Shown piece after piece: positions 29,454-39,056 of a stretch of 64,000 nt of DNA. The notes below the pieces were generated by a model. That model saw only the letters and a program-made list of their open reading frames with translations. It had not been told where the DNA came from and did no database searches. This DNA is from Patescibacteria group bacterium (GTDB lineage Bacteria; Patescibacteriota; Minisyncoccia; Phycocordibacterales; UBA9973), in the NCBI GenBank assembly GCA_040390725.1, contig JAZJXT010000006.1, forward strand, positions 64,367 to 128,366, read 5' to 3'. Every line of letters starts with the position of its first letter. Positions within the stretch are counted from its first letter, which is position 1. The translations under genes and the position numbers were made by a program.

Positions 29454-29909
29454 TTATTCTTCTTTTTTAGTTTCTTCAACTTCTGCTTCCACTTCGTCTT
29501 GAGTAAGATTATTTGCAACAGAGCGGAGTTTTCGGCGGACGTCTTTGACGGCTTTTGTTCGCACATAATAGAGCTTGGACCTGCGAGCGCGAGCTTTCTT
29601 TGTAACTTCAATTTTATCAACTAATGGAGAAAATAATGGGAAAATTCTTTCTACTCCCACACCGGATGCTACTCTGCGGACAGTAAATGTCCCCCCGATT
29701 TCTGTACCGTGCTTCCTACCCAACACAATACCTTCAAAACCCTGCAAACGGTATTTCACAGTGCTCTTTTCACCCTTTTTAGTACCCTTTTTTTCTTCGG
29801 CGATTTTGGTCCAAACTCGCACTGTATCACCAGCGCTAAAATCTAGCTTCTTTCGAGCATCCATATCCACCGGACTAAGTTTTATATTGCCTATTTTGTT
29901 CCCTGTCAT
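29454..29909 (-). CDS. rplS: 50S ribosomal protein L19
   Basis: GDTVRV, RLQGFEG, TFTVRR...GVGVERIFP, RRSKLYY. Confidence 0.96.
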   Translation of the reverse strand: MTGNKIGNIKLSPVDMDARKKLDFSAGDTVRVWTKIAEEKKGTKKGEKSTVKYRLQGFEGIVLGRKHGTEIGGTFTVRRVASGVGVERIFPLFSPLVDKIEVTKKARARRSKLYYVRTKAVKDVRRKLRSVANNLTQDEVEAEVEETKKEE

Positions 29910-29956
29910 AATTAGCACACATTATCACAAAACTTTTTCAAAAGCAACTTACCTTT

Positions 29957-31705
29957 CTAATAAACCTCCTTTTGATAACACTGCTCACAGTAAATAATTT
30001 CTGGACGTTCTGGGGCATAACTTGTTTCAAATTCATTTGGGCAACTTGCCCCGCCTTGGCGTGGGATTCCGCTGTGGTCATGATTTTCTTTCTGACACAT
30101 ACACTGCCTGTGCCAGAGCTTAAATGGATTTCTGCGTTTTATTCTAGCAGCGTGGCGACAGTGAAAACATCTATGCGGAACTGGTATGTTCATTTTTTTA
30201 TAAAAAATTAATTCATTGGGAACAATTTTATAATTCCTCTCACAATCGATACACTTTAAAACTTGCTCTAAAATATCATCACCGACATCTGAAATAGCAT
30301 CCGGAATATTTTCCGGCAATAAAGTTTCTTTACCTGTCGTGCGCTGGGTATTGTCTTGCCACTTAAAACCTCTAGCTAATGCCTGTTCTTTCGTGAGTGG
30401 AAATTCTTCCATCGCTGATGTTTCATTATAACCAAACAAAGAAAGCTCAGCGGGATAAAATTCTCCGTAAGAATATTTGCATCCATTTTTATCAATATAT
30501 GGAATTTCTTCCATTTGTTTTTTTATCTTTTCAACCATTATAAAATAATCTTCTTTGGAGTATTGTTTATTTAAAATACAATAATTTCCTTTTTTCATTG
30601 AAACACAGCCAAATAAATTTTTAGAAGAATGACAATGTTGCGTATAATGCAACTCTTGGCTTTTCACAGAAAAAATTCCAAACAAATTTAACTGAGAATG
30701 ATCAACGGTCACACCGTCATAGCATTCCGTCATTTCACCGGCCGTTGATAAATCATAAGAATTGGTAGGTTTTGCGCAACCATCCATAAATCTGCAATTT
30801 TCAGGTTGTTGAGTGGAAAAAACATCTTTGGAATCTTTGCCATTAAAAATCAAATCCCCTGTGCAATTTTTACTTTGAATAATATAGGCATACCGACGAG
30901 GATAACTCAAAAGAAATTCTTTAAATTCTTTTTTAGCTCTTTCCGTGCCAGCATAAGTATCAAGTTTATATTCTGCTAAAATTTTTTCATAATCTTCTTT
31001 TGTGTATCTTTGATTTTTAAAACAATACTTTTCATTGCGAAGTCCTGTGCACATAAAACAATTCGTACAACCGCGACAATCATACATAAAAGATGAATCA
31101 ACACATGAAATACATAATTGCGCATATTTTAAACGATAAGAACTTTCACAATTAATACATTCATATAGCCATTCTGCTTTATCCATTATATACATGCAGT
31201 CCATCATGTCTTTTGCTCCATAAAGCATATAAGTGCTATACATTATGTTTTCAATTTGCCAAGAATAAAATACCATATAACAATTCTTTGCAAACCAGCA
31301 ATCGTGCGTCCATTGGCAATTTAAACTGGCAATGCCATCATCATTTACAGTGGCGACTTGAGGAACACGTTTTAGTAATTCAAGAAATTGTGTAAAAAAG
31401 GGTTTTGAAAAATCATAATCTTGCGCATAACTTTTTGGATCCCATTTATCTCCAAACCAACATTTATTGCAGTAAACAGTAATGCCTGAATCCGGAGAAT
31501 ATAAAGTAATGCCTGACTTATTACACAATGCACAAGGACGACTATAAAATGAAAGATTATTGCGCCAAGTAAAACGCCTTTGCATTCTGCATCTCGGACA
31601 AAAAGTCGGTGGAGGGACTTTTACCTTTTCATAAAAACCAAAATCATTCGGCTCGATAATAAAGTCGCTGTTACAGTTCTGACATGTTTTAGTTTCACTT
31701 TGCAT
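29957..31705 (-). CDS. Cys-rich zinc-ribbon/beta-helix protein, paralog 1
   Basis: Many CxxC, conserved termini shared with the two neighbours. Confidence 0.8.
   Translation of the reverse strand: MQSETKTCQNCNSDFIIEPNDFGFYEKVKVPPPTFCPRCRMQRRFTWRNNLSFYSRPCALCNKSGITLYSPDSGITVYCNKCWFGDKWDPKSYAQDYDFSKPFFTQFLELLKRVPQVATVNDDGIASLNCQWTHDCWFAKNCYMVFYSWQIENIMYSTYMLYGAKDMMDCMYIMDKAEWLYECINCESSYRLKYAQLCISCVDSSFMYDCRGCTNCFMCTGLRNEKYCFKNQRYTKEDYEKILAEYKLDTYAGTERAKKEFKEFLLSYPRRYAYIIQSKNCTGDLIFNGKDSKDVFSTQQPENCRFMDGCAKPTNSYDLSTAGEMTECYDGVTVDHSQLNLFGIFSVKSQELHYTQHCHSSKNLFGCVSMKKGNYCILNKQYSKEDYFIMVEKIKKQMEEIPYIDKNGCKYSYGEFYPAELSLFGYNETSAMEEFPLTKEQALARGFKWQDNTQRTTGKETLLPENIPDAISDVGDDILEQVLKCIDCERNYKIVPNELIFYKKMNIPVPHRCFHCRHAARIKRRNPFKLWHRQCMCQKENHDHSGIPRQGGASCPNEFETSYAPERPEIIYCEQCYQKEVY
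31599..31659. repeat. 61-bp exact direct repeat, copy 1
   Basis: Identical to 33309..33369. Confidence 0.9.
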
Positions 31706-31720
31706 AACCCCATTATATCA

Positions 31721-33415
31721 CTAATAAACCTCCTTCTGATAACACTGCTCGCAGTAAATAATCTCCGGGCGTTCGGGTGCATAACTTGTTTCAAATTCGT
31801 TTTTGCATCCATTATTCATACACTGCCTGTGCCAGAGTTCGCGTGGATTTCTTATCGCAAATCTTTCCTCCCTTCTGCAGGCCGGGCATTTTTGCGGAAT
31901 AGGCATTCCTGTTGCTCGATAAAAAGAAAGTTCGAGGTTTACTATACGAAAAGCGGTGGAACAATTCGGCGATATATTTACGGTACTATTATTTTGAGAA
32001 GAACACTTTATTATTTGTCCCAAAATATCGTCTGTTGTTTCATTTATGGTTTTAGGAATTTGCGCCGTTTCCATGGTAATTTGGTAATTTCTTTCAGGGC
32101 GGTCATACCAAGCATACCCCGCTTTTAATGCTTCGTCTTTTGAAAGTGGGAAGTAATCATAAGCCACAGACTCATTGTATGCAAATGGCGCTATTATTTT
32201 TGGATCAAAAAACTCTCCCCACTCGCCTGTTTTTTTCATATGCTCTATAATTTTTTCTTTGAGCACAAAATATTCTTCTTTTGAATATTTTTTATTTAAA
32301 ATACAATACTCCTTCTGACGCAAACCCATACAGCCAAAGCATTCCGACAAGGTATTGCACATATCACAATAATAAGAATCACTCATATGAAAAGAACTGC
32401 GAATTGAAATTGAATTTCTTATAAAGGCACACCCTTGAATTTGATATGATAGCTCATTGCTTAAAATTTCTGTTATATCACGGCAGTCTTCTGCTTCCCA
32501 TGCATCCTGCAAATAAGCAGTATCTTTATTTCTTCTGCAATTAAAACTTTCTTTTGTGTTGGCTGTATTCTCCAAATAATCTCCTGAAAAATTAACATTA
32601 TTTGACCCGTGATAATATTTTTTCGGCAAACTTAAAGAAAGTTTTTTTATTTCTTTTTTTGCCCACTCAATATTTTCATGATTCCATAAAAAACTTTTTA
32701 ATTTATTTTGATATTCTTCCGGGGAAAGCTGTTTATTAAACCAGCAATTACTTTTGTTTCGCAAATTTACGCACCCAAAACAATTATTGCATCCTCTACA
32801 ATCTTCGGAAAAATAACAAGAAACACAATTTGAGCAATCTTTTAAATAAGATGACTTGGAACATCTAGCGGAACTCATGCACTCATAAGAATATTCAAAT
32901 TTCTCAACCATATAACAATCGGAACAAAAATAACAATCCTCTTGATACCAATTTCCATACATGCATTTTTCACTACCGTTTGTAGCAGACACCATATAGC
33001 AATCTTTATTATTTTGTAGCTGATTTGAATATTCACAATTTTCATTATTTGATCCTACTAATGCCACATGTGGCACAACATCATGTAAGTCTTTAAATTG
33101 CTCAAAAAACGGACGGGAAAAATCAAAATCCCTGCCGAAAGTAGATGCTTCCCATTTATCGCTCCACCAGCATTCATGGCAATACACCGGAAAAATTACA
33201 TCATCTCGATATATTGAAATAATATTTTTTTTGCATAAATCGCAAGTCCTTTTATTTAAACTCCATTCATTTCTATTTAAAAGTCTTTTGATATAACGAC
33301 ACTCTGGGCAAAAAGTCGGTGGAGGGACTTTTACCTTTTCATAAAAACCAAAATCATTCGGCTCGATAACGAAATCTTTTTTACAGCTTTGGCAATTTCT
33401 GTTTTCACTTTGCAT
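31721..33415 (-). CDS. Cys-rich zinc-ribbon/beta-helix protein, paralog 2
   Basis: Same architecture; ends YAPERPEIIYCEQCYQKEVY. Confidence 0.8.
   Translation of the reverse strand: MQSENRNCQSCKKDFVIEPNDFGFYEKVKVPPPTFCPECRYIKRLLNRNEWSLNKRTCDLCKKNIISIYRDDVIFPVYCHECWWSDKWEASTFGRDFDFSRPFFEQFKDLHDVVPHVALVGSNNENCEYSNQLQNNKDCYMVSATNGSEKCMYGNWYQEDCYFCSDCYMVEKFEYSYECMSSARCSKSSYLKDCSNCVSCYFSEDCRGCNNCFGCVNLRNKSNCWFNKQLSPEEYQNKLKSFLWNHENIEWAKKEIKKLSLSLPKKYYHGSNNVNFSGDYLENTANTKESFNCRRNKDTAYLQDAWEAEDCRDITEILSNELSYQIQGCAFIRNSISIRSSFHMSDSYYCDMCNTLSECFGCMGLRQKEYCILNKKYSKEEYFVLKEKIIEHMKKTGEWGEFFDPKIIAPFAYNESVAYDYFPLSKDEALKAGYAWYDRPERNYQITMETAQIPKTINETTDDILGQIIKCSSQNNSTVNISPNCSTAFRIVNLELSFYRATGMPIPQKCPACRREERFAIRNPRELWHRQCMNNGCKNEFETSYAPERPEIIYCEQCYQKEVY
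33309..33369. repeat. 61-bp exact direct repeat, copy 2
   Basis: Identical to 31599..31659. Confidence 0.9.
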
Positions 33416-33430
33416 ATTTTTGTAAAAATT

Positions 33431-33646
33431 TTAAATATAAAAATCTCTATCGGAGATAGCGGATTGCCTGATAATTGAATGCATCGTTCCAACAGGAATT
33501 TCTTTTTTATTCGCCGGAACGATAACGGTCAGAACTTTTCTTTCATATTTTCTATATTTTATATGGCTTCCGTTTTGAGAAATAAAAATAAAACCGTTCT
33601 TTTCTAAAATTTTTACTACTTGCCTTGAAGAAAAAAGTTTAGGCAT
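33431..33646 (-). CDS. hicA: HicA family toxin
   Basis: L.KNGF....Q.GSH.KY.....VP.....I..GT..SI.RQ. Confidence 0.9.
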   Translation of the reverse strand: MPKLFSSRQVVKILEKNGFIFISQNGSHIKYRKYERKVLTVIVPANKKEIPVGTMHSIIRQSAISDRDFYI

Positions 33647-33857
33647 ATTTTAAATCCATAGAAAATATTTCCGGGCTTCTGACTTCTTGGAATTTTGGAG
33701 CTTTAACATCTTCAAAATAAAGATCAATGGCTTCGCTCAAGTTTTTCAATGCTTCTTTTTTAGTTTTTCCAAAACTTGAAACATCAACATTTAAACACTG
33801 AGAAACATAGTATTTTCCCTCTTTCCAAACTATATTTTTAAGATTAAAATTCTTCAT
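33639..33857 (-). CDS. hicB: HicB family antitoxin
   Basis: EG.YYV..C....VSSFG.T..EA..NL.EAI.LY; overlaps hicA. Confidence 0.88.
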   Translation of the reverse strand: MKNFNLKNIVWKEGKYYVSQCLNVDVSSFGKTKKEALKNLSEAIDLYFEDVKAPKFQEVRSPEIFSMDLKYA

Positions 33858-33895
33858 ATATTAATAATACCAAAAATCTAAAAACAAGTAAATAT

Positions 33896-35596
33896 CTAAT
33901 AAACCTCTTTCTGATAACACTGCTCACAATATATAATTTCTGGTCTTTCGGGCGCATAACTGGTTTCAAATTCATTTTGACATTTGCTTTGATGTTCATG
34001 ATTTTCTTTTTCACACATACACTGCCTGTGCCAAAGTTTATTTGGTCCACGATTTTTTACTCGTCTTGTATGCCTGCATTCGGGACAATTCCTAGGAATT
34101 GGTATTTCCATTCTTTTATAAAAAGAAAGTTCATCCACAATGATACGATAATTTTTATTGCATTCTACGCAAATAAAAACTTCTTTACCAACATCAAAAT
34201 CCGCCGACAAATCTTTTATTCCATCTGGAAAATTTTTCCAATCCACCGTCTCTTTGCCATAAGTCCCCCGCGGAGTATCTTCCCATTTAAAACCTTTTTC
34301 CAAAGCTTGTTCTTTTGTTAATGGAAATTGTTCCATAACACAAGCTTCATTGTAACCAAAACACGAAAGACTAGCTGGGAAAAAATCTCCGTATTCTCCT
34401 TTTTCTTTCATCTGATTTACTATTTTTTCTTTTAAAATTTTATATTCCTCCGGAGAATATTGTTTATTTAAAATACAATATTTTTTCTGACGCATGCCAA
34501 TGCAACCGAAAAGTTCTTGCGAACCCAGACAGTGAAAAGAATATTCCGCAAATGAAGTCCCCCATGTGAGCAAAGTAACAATATTATTCGAAGCTTCTTG
34601 CCCTGAATTCACACATTGATAATTATTAGTAGAAACACGCCCGACTGTATCGCAATCCATATTGTCTTTTGCATTTCTCCAAGCATGCACGCAATATCTG
34701 CAATCTTCTGCTTCATAAGAGTGAAAACAGTGGTGATTATTTTTAACATTAGTCATATAATTTCCGGTAGAATTTACAACATTAAAAACTTCAGCGAATT
34801 TTCTAGGCTTGTCTTTTATAAAATTTTGAAATTCTTTTTTAAAATTTTCTACGCCGGAAAAAGTATCGAGACGAAAAGATTTTAATTTATTTTCATAATC
34901 TTCTTTGGAATATTTTACATTAAAAATACAATGTGATTGCTGGCGTAAATTGATACAACCTAGGCAACTCGTACATCCACGACAATCAAGTAAAAAAGAA
35001 CTATCTATGCAACTATGACATCCTTTTGAAAAACGAAGGTTGTTACAATCAAAACAATCATCAACTTCGTAAGACAATTCAACTTTATTTGTAAAAGCGC
35101 AATCCACTAATTCTTTTGAAAGCTGAATCCAATAACAATTTGTGCAATTTTCATTATTAGAACTTTCAACAATCATATAACAATTTTTATTGTCGGCAGA
35201 AATATTTATATATTCTGAATTTACGCTGCGCACGTGCATCAACCCGATTCTCGGCACAACATTCCAAAGTTCTTCAAATTGTTCTAAAAAAGTTCTATTC
35301 AAATCATATTCTTTTGCATAGTCCTCTCCTCCCCAGCCATCGGCATTCCAACAATCATTACACCATACAGTGTAAGGTTTGTTCGGACTATACATTGAGA
35401 CTTTATCTTTTTTGCATTTATCACAAGCTCTTTTATAAAAAGTTCTTTCATTTCTAAAAGACAATCGCAACTGCGCTCTGCATTCCGGACAAATTTTTGG
35501 CGGAAGCACACCCATTTTTTCATAAAATCCAAAATCATTCGGCTCGATGACAAAATCTTTTTTACAATTTTGGCATACCTTGTTTTCAGCTTGCAT
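33896..35596 (-). CDS. Cys-rich zinc-ribbon/beta-helix protein, paralog 3
   Basis: Same architecture and termini. Confidence 0.8.
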   Translation of the reverse strand: MQAENKVCQNCKKDFVIEPNDFGFYEKMGVLPPKICPECRAQLRLSFRNERTFYKRACDKCKKDKVSMYSPNKPYTVWCNDCWNADGWGGEDYAKEYDLNRTFLEQFEELWNVVPRIGLMHVRSVNSEYINISADNKNCYMIVESSNNENCTNCYWIQLSKELVDCAFTNKVELSYEVDDCFDCNNLRFSKGCHSCIDSSFLLDCRGCTSCLGCINLRQQSHCIFNVKYSKEDYENKLKSFRLDTFSGVENFKKEFQNFIKDKPRKFAEVFNVVNSTGNYMTNVKNNHHCFHSYEAEDCRYCVHAWRNAKDNMDCDTVGRVSTNNYQCVNSGQEASNNIVTLLTWGTSFAEYSFHCLGSQELFGCIGMRQKKYCILNKQYSPEEYKILKEKIVNQMKEKGEYGDFFPASLSCFGYNEACVMEQFPLTKEQALEKGFKWEDTPRGTYGKETVDWKNFPDGIKDLSADFDVGKEVFICVECNKNYRIIVDELSFYKRMEIPIPRNCPECRHTRRVKNRGPNKLWHRQCMCEKENHEHQSKCQNEFETSYAPERPEIIYCEQCYQKEVY

Positions 35597-35600
35597 AAAA

Positions 35601-36338
35601 TTATTTTATTAAACTTTTAAACTCCTTCGGCAAAGGTGATTCGATTTTTATTATTTTATTTTTTAGGTTTTTGAATTCTATAACGCGAGCATGAAGAGCT
35701 AAACGTGCAATGCCTTTCGGGCAAGGACCTTTCGGGTCATACAAAAAATCACAAGCGACAGGGTGATTTATAAATTTCATATGAACGCGTATCTGATGCG
35801 TGCGACCGGTTTTTGGATTTATTTCTAGGAAACTAAATTTTACCCCCTCTCCTTTATAAGGAGAGGGTTGGGGTGAGGTGAATCTTTTCAAAACTTTATA
35901 TTCTGTAACTGCCTCGCGAAGTTCCCCCCTAGCTCCACGCCCAGCGAGGCGTCGACGGAAATCAGATGGACTTCTCCCGATTGGTTTATTTATTATGTCA
36001 CGATCTTTTTTTACAAAACCGGAAACGATAGCATTGTAAGTTTTCTTCACTTCCCTTTTTTGAAATTGTTCTTTCAAGAATTCATGAGCTTTTTGGTTTT
36101 TTGCTAAAAGTAAAACTCCAGAAGTATCTTTGTCTAATCTATGCACCACACCCGAACGCTTTATTTCTACGCCTTCATATATTGCAGGCTCACCGACATC
36201 TTTCGATTTTGGATAATTTTTCGCAAACCAATCCGAAATAGTCTTTTCTTTGCTTCTACCGTCAGGGTGCACTGAAATACCTGAAGGCTTATCTATGGCC
36301 ACTATGTCTTTATCTTCATACAAGACCTTTATTTTCAT
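35601..36338 (-). CDS. RluA/RluD family pseudouridine synthase
   Basis: VHRLDKDTSG, TGRTHQIRVH, LHA. Confidence 0.95.
   Translation of the reverse strand: MKIKVLYEDKDIVAIDKPSGISVHPDGRSKEKTISDWFAKNYPKSKDVGEPAIYEGVEIKRSGVVHRLDKDTSGVLLLAKNQKAHEFLKEQFQKREVKKTYNAIVSGFVKKDRDIINKPIGRSPSDFRRRLAGRGARGELREAVTEYKVLKRFTSPQPSPYKGEGVKFSFLEINPKTGRTHQIRVHMKFINHPVACDFLYDPKGPCPKGIARLALHARVIEFKNLKNKIIKIESPLPKEFKSLIK
35843..35879. repeat. in-frame palindromic insertion within pseudouridine synthase
   Basis: CCCTCTCCTT-TAT-AAGGAGAGGG...GGGGTGAGG encodes extra TSPQPSPYKGEG. Confidence 0.7.
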
Positions 36339-36474
36339 AATTTTAGGATTATAACATAAATATTTATGAATATTTGACTATTTAATATGTATTTATGATA
36401 TAATAAATCTATTAAAAAGTTATTATTAAATTAATCTGCCCCGAAAAACTTTTTTAAGTTGGGGTAAAAAAATT

Positions 36475-37806
36475 ATGAAAAAAATATTTAGTTTTAGTTT
36501 GGGTTTTCTAGTAGTGTTAGGACTTTTAGTTTGTACTAATTTCGCATCAGCGCAAAATACTACAAACCAAGCTCCTTTCTTTGATCAATATACAGTACAA
36601 GATGTTTGGTTTGATTCTGCAGTCGCTGCAAATGTTGATTTCCAAATACCGTCTGCATACACTGGCGCGGACAAAGTCACTCCAGTGAATGTAACTTGTG
36701 ATCACACATCAGGTGCACTTTTTCAGCCAGGTAGAACTGTAGTTACTTGTACAGCAACAAACAATGACAAAACTGCAGAAGCATTCCTAAGAGTTTGGGT
36801 GCGAACAGGAACAACACCAATAATTAACCTTACTTATACTTCCCCTAGCCAAATAATAGACGGAAGAGGCGGACTTGAGGTGACAGAAACATCAAGCGGC
36901 TCAGGAATTGCTGTAAATTACACCTACGATCTTAATTTAAAAGATTACTCTGGAAACAACAGCGTAAAAGCTGACTCTATTTCTTGTACTCCAGCATCAG
37001 GAAGTGTCTTCTTTTCAGGTATTACCCCGATAACCTGTACTGCAAATAAATCAGCCCAATCTAGTGGTGCTCAAATAATCATTCAAGAACAATCCGGAGT
37101 CGTAGTAGTACATGCAGCATCAGGTGGAACTCCAAGTACAGGAAATTGTTCTGATGGGATAATGAATGGAGATGAAACTGGGGCTGATACTGGCGGTAGA
37201 TGTGGAAGCCCAAGCAGTAACACTTGCCCTTCAGGATACACAGGCACATACCCTAATTGTACAGCTCCTAGTAACAACAGTCATGTAGTTGTATATGGTG
37301 CAAGTGGTTATTCTGCAATACCACTTTACAATAACAACACAAATACTGTTTGCCCTGGACAATCAATGACCATAGCTCCAAATGGAACAGTTAGATGTGT
37401 AACTATTGTAGCAGTGGCAAAATCTTGCGCAGTTGGACAATTATTCAATACAACGAATGGTTTACCTTGTTCAGGTTTAACTAACACTTTAAATAATACT
37501 ACATTATCTTTAAAAGTATTCGTATTCCAGAAAAAAGTTGGCAAGCTTGCAATCGGTACTACTGCGAAGGCATATGCGCAAGAAGTTCTAGTATTACAAC
37601 AATGGTTAAATATTCACGGTTTCATTCTAGCAACAACAGGTGCTGGATCACCGGGCCACGAAACAACAGTTTACGCAGTCAGAACTAAAAATGCAGTGAT
37701 GGCATTCCAAAGGGCTAACCCACCACTCAACGTAGATGGAATATTCGGACCATTAACAATGGGAGTAATAAATAAAATTCTAGCAAAAGAAGGCGGACTT
37801 CAATAA
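36475..37806 (+). CDS. secreted protein with HYR-like domains and C-terminal peptidoglycan-binding domain
   Basis: Signal peptide; two C...SG..F..G.T...CTA repeats; V..LQ..LN...T..AV..FQ.....VDG..GP.T. Confidence 0.75.
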   Translation: MKKIFSFSLGFLVVLGLLVCTNFASAQNTTNQAPFFDQYTVQDVWFDSAVAANVDFQIPSAYTGADKVTPVNVTCDHTSGALFQPGRTVVTCTATNNDKTAEAFLRVWVRTGTTPIINLTYTSPSQIIDGRGGLEVTETSSGSGIAVNYTYDLNLKDYSGNNSVKADSISCTPASGSVFFSGITPITCTANKSAQSSGAQIIIQEQSGVVVVHAASGGTPSTGNCSDGIMNGDETGADTGGRCGSPSSNTCPSGYTGTYPNCTAPSNNSHVVVYGASGYSAIPLYNNNTNTVCPGQSMTIAPNGTVRCVTIVAVAKSCAVGQLFNTTNGLPCSGLTNTLNNTTLSLKVFVFQKKVGKLAIGTTAKAYAQEVLVLQQWLNIHGFILATTGAGSPGHETTVYAVRTKNAVMAFQRANPPLNVDGIFGPLTMGVINKILAKEGGLQ

Positions 37807-37812
37807 ATAATA

Positions 37813-39051
37813 ATGGCACTTTTTGACGATAAAAAAAAAGATAAAGACCCATTGAAAGACCTCGATGGAGCAGATGATCAGACTTCAATCATAAAATTGG
37901 TTGATGGGCTTATTGAAAGTGCCCAGAAAAATAATGCTTCAGATATTCACCTCGACCCGCAAGAAGATGGTATATTGGTGCGCATGCGCATAGACGGAAT
38001 TTTACAAGATCTTTATCATGTCCCAAAATCCATCCACTCAGAAGTAGTTTCACGTCTTAAAATCTTGACTGGCTTACGTACTGATGAACACCAGATGGCG
38101 CAAGATGGCAGATTTCGACATATTTTCAAAGATAATACTTTTGTGGATATACGTGTCTCTGTCTCGCCGACTTATCACGGAGAAAATGTAGTTCTTCGTT
38201 TACTTTCTGATAAATCACAAAATTACACACTCGATAGTTTGGGTTTTTCGGAAGCAGACCAAGAAAAAATAAAAACTGCTATCAAAAAACCAAACGGAAT
38301 GGTGCTGGCTACAGGTCCGACAGGATCAGGAAAAACAACTACGCTTTATACATTGATAAAAATGTTAAATTCTAAAGAAATTTCCGTACTAACTATCGAA
38401 GACCCTATCGAATACGCTATCGAAAACGTAGAACAAATACAGGTAAATCCTCACGCAGGACTCACCTTTGCAAACGGCCTCCGCACAATTTTGCGACAAG
38501 ACCCAAACATAATAATGGTAGGAGAAATCCGTGACCCGGAGACTGCAACTATCGCCGTCAACACCGCCCTTACCGGTACATTATTATTGTCTTCCCTTCA
38601 CACCAATGACGCTGCGACGACGATGCCGAGACTTTTGGAAATGGGTATCGAGCCATACCTCGTAGCCTCTACTATGAACATTGCTATCGCTCAACGTCTC
38701 GTACGAAAAATCTGTGAGCATTGTAAAAAAGAAAAAAAACTTACAAAAGCAATAGTGGAAAGCCTTTCTCATGTTCAGCTTTCCACCCCGCTCAAAGCCG
38801 GAGAAGTATTTTTTGCGGGAGCAGGTTGCACTAAATGCACCGGCAGTGGATACGCAGGCAGAATCGGCATCAATGAAGTGTTGGTGGTTGACCAAGAAGT
38901 CCGCGATGCTATCTTGGCCCGAGTGCCATCCGGAGAAATAAAAAAAATAGCTATGAAAAATGGCATGACTAGCATGATAGAAGACGGCTTCAATAAAGCT
39001 CGAGCAGGACAAACAACTATCGAAGAAGTCTTGCGAGTCGTTAACGAATAA
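37813..39051 (+). CDS. pilB: type IV pilus/T2SS assembly ATPase (PilB/GspE)
   Basis: ASDIH, GPTGSGKTTT, TIEDPIEY, LRQDP..IMVGEIRD, CxxC pairs. Confidence 0.92.
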   Translation: MALFDDKKKDKDPLKDLDGADDQTSIIKLVDGLIESAQKNNASDIHLDPQEDGILVRMRIDGILQDLYHVPKSIHSEVVSRLKILTGLRTDEHQMAQDGRFRHIFKDNTFVDIRVSVSPTYHGENVVLRLLSDKSQNYTLDSLGFSEADQEKIKTAIKKPNGMVLATGPTGSGKTTTLYTLIKMLNSKEISVLTIEDPIEYAIENVEQIQVNPHAGLTFANGLRTILRQDPNIIMVGEIRDPETATIAVNTALTGTLLLSSLHTNDAATTMPRLLEMGIEPYLVASTMNIAIAQRLVRKICEHCKKEKKLTKAIVESLSHVQLSTPLKAGEVFFAGAGCTKCTGSGYAGRIGINEVLVVDQEVRDAILARVPSGEIKKIAMKNGMTSMIEDGFNKARAGQTTIEEVLRVVNE

Positions 39052-39056
39052 AAATT

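Noticed and set aside
31621-34050. Similar small ORFs 31621-31812 and 33844-34050
   Set aside because: Alternate-frame shadows of the conserved 3' ends of the Cys-rich paralogs.
29957-35596. Integron cassette array
   Set aside because: No integron integrase, and the intergenic gaps (4-38 bp) are too short for attC sites.
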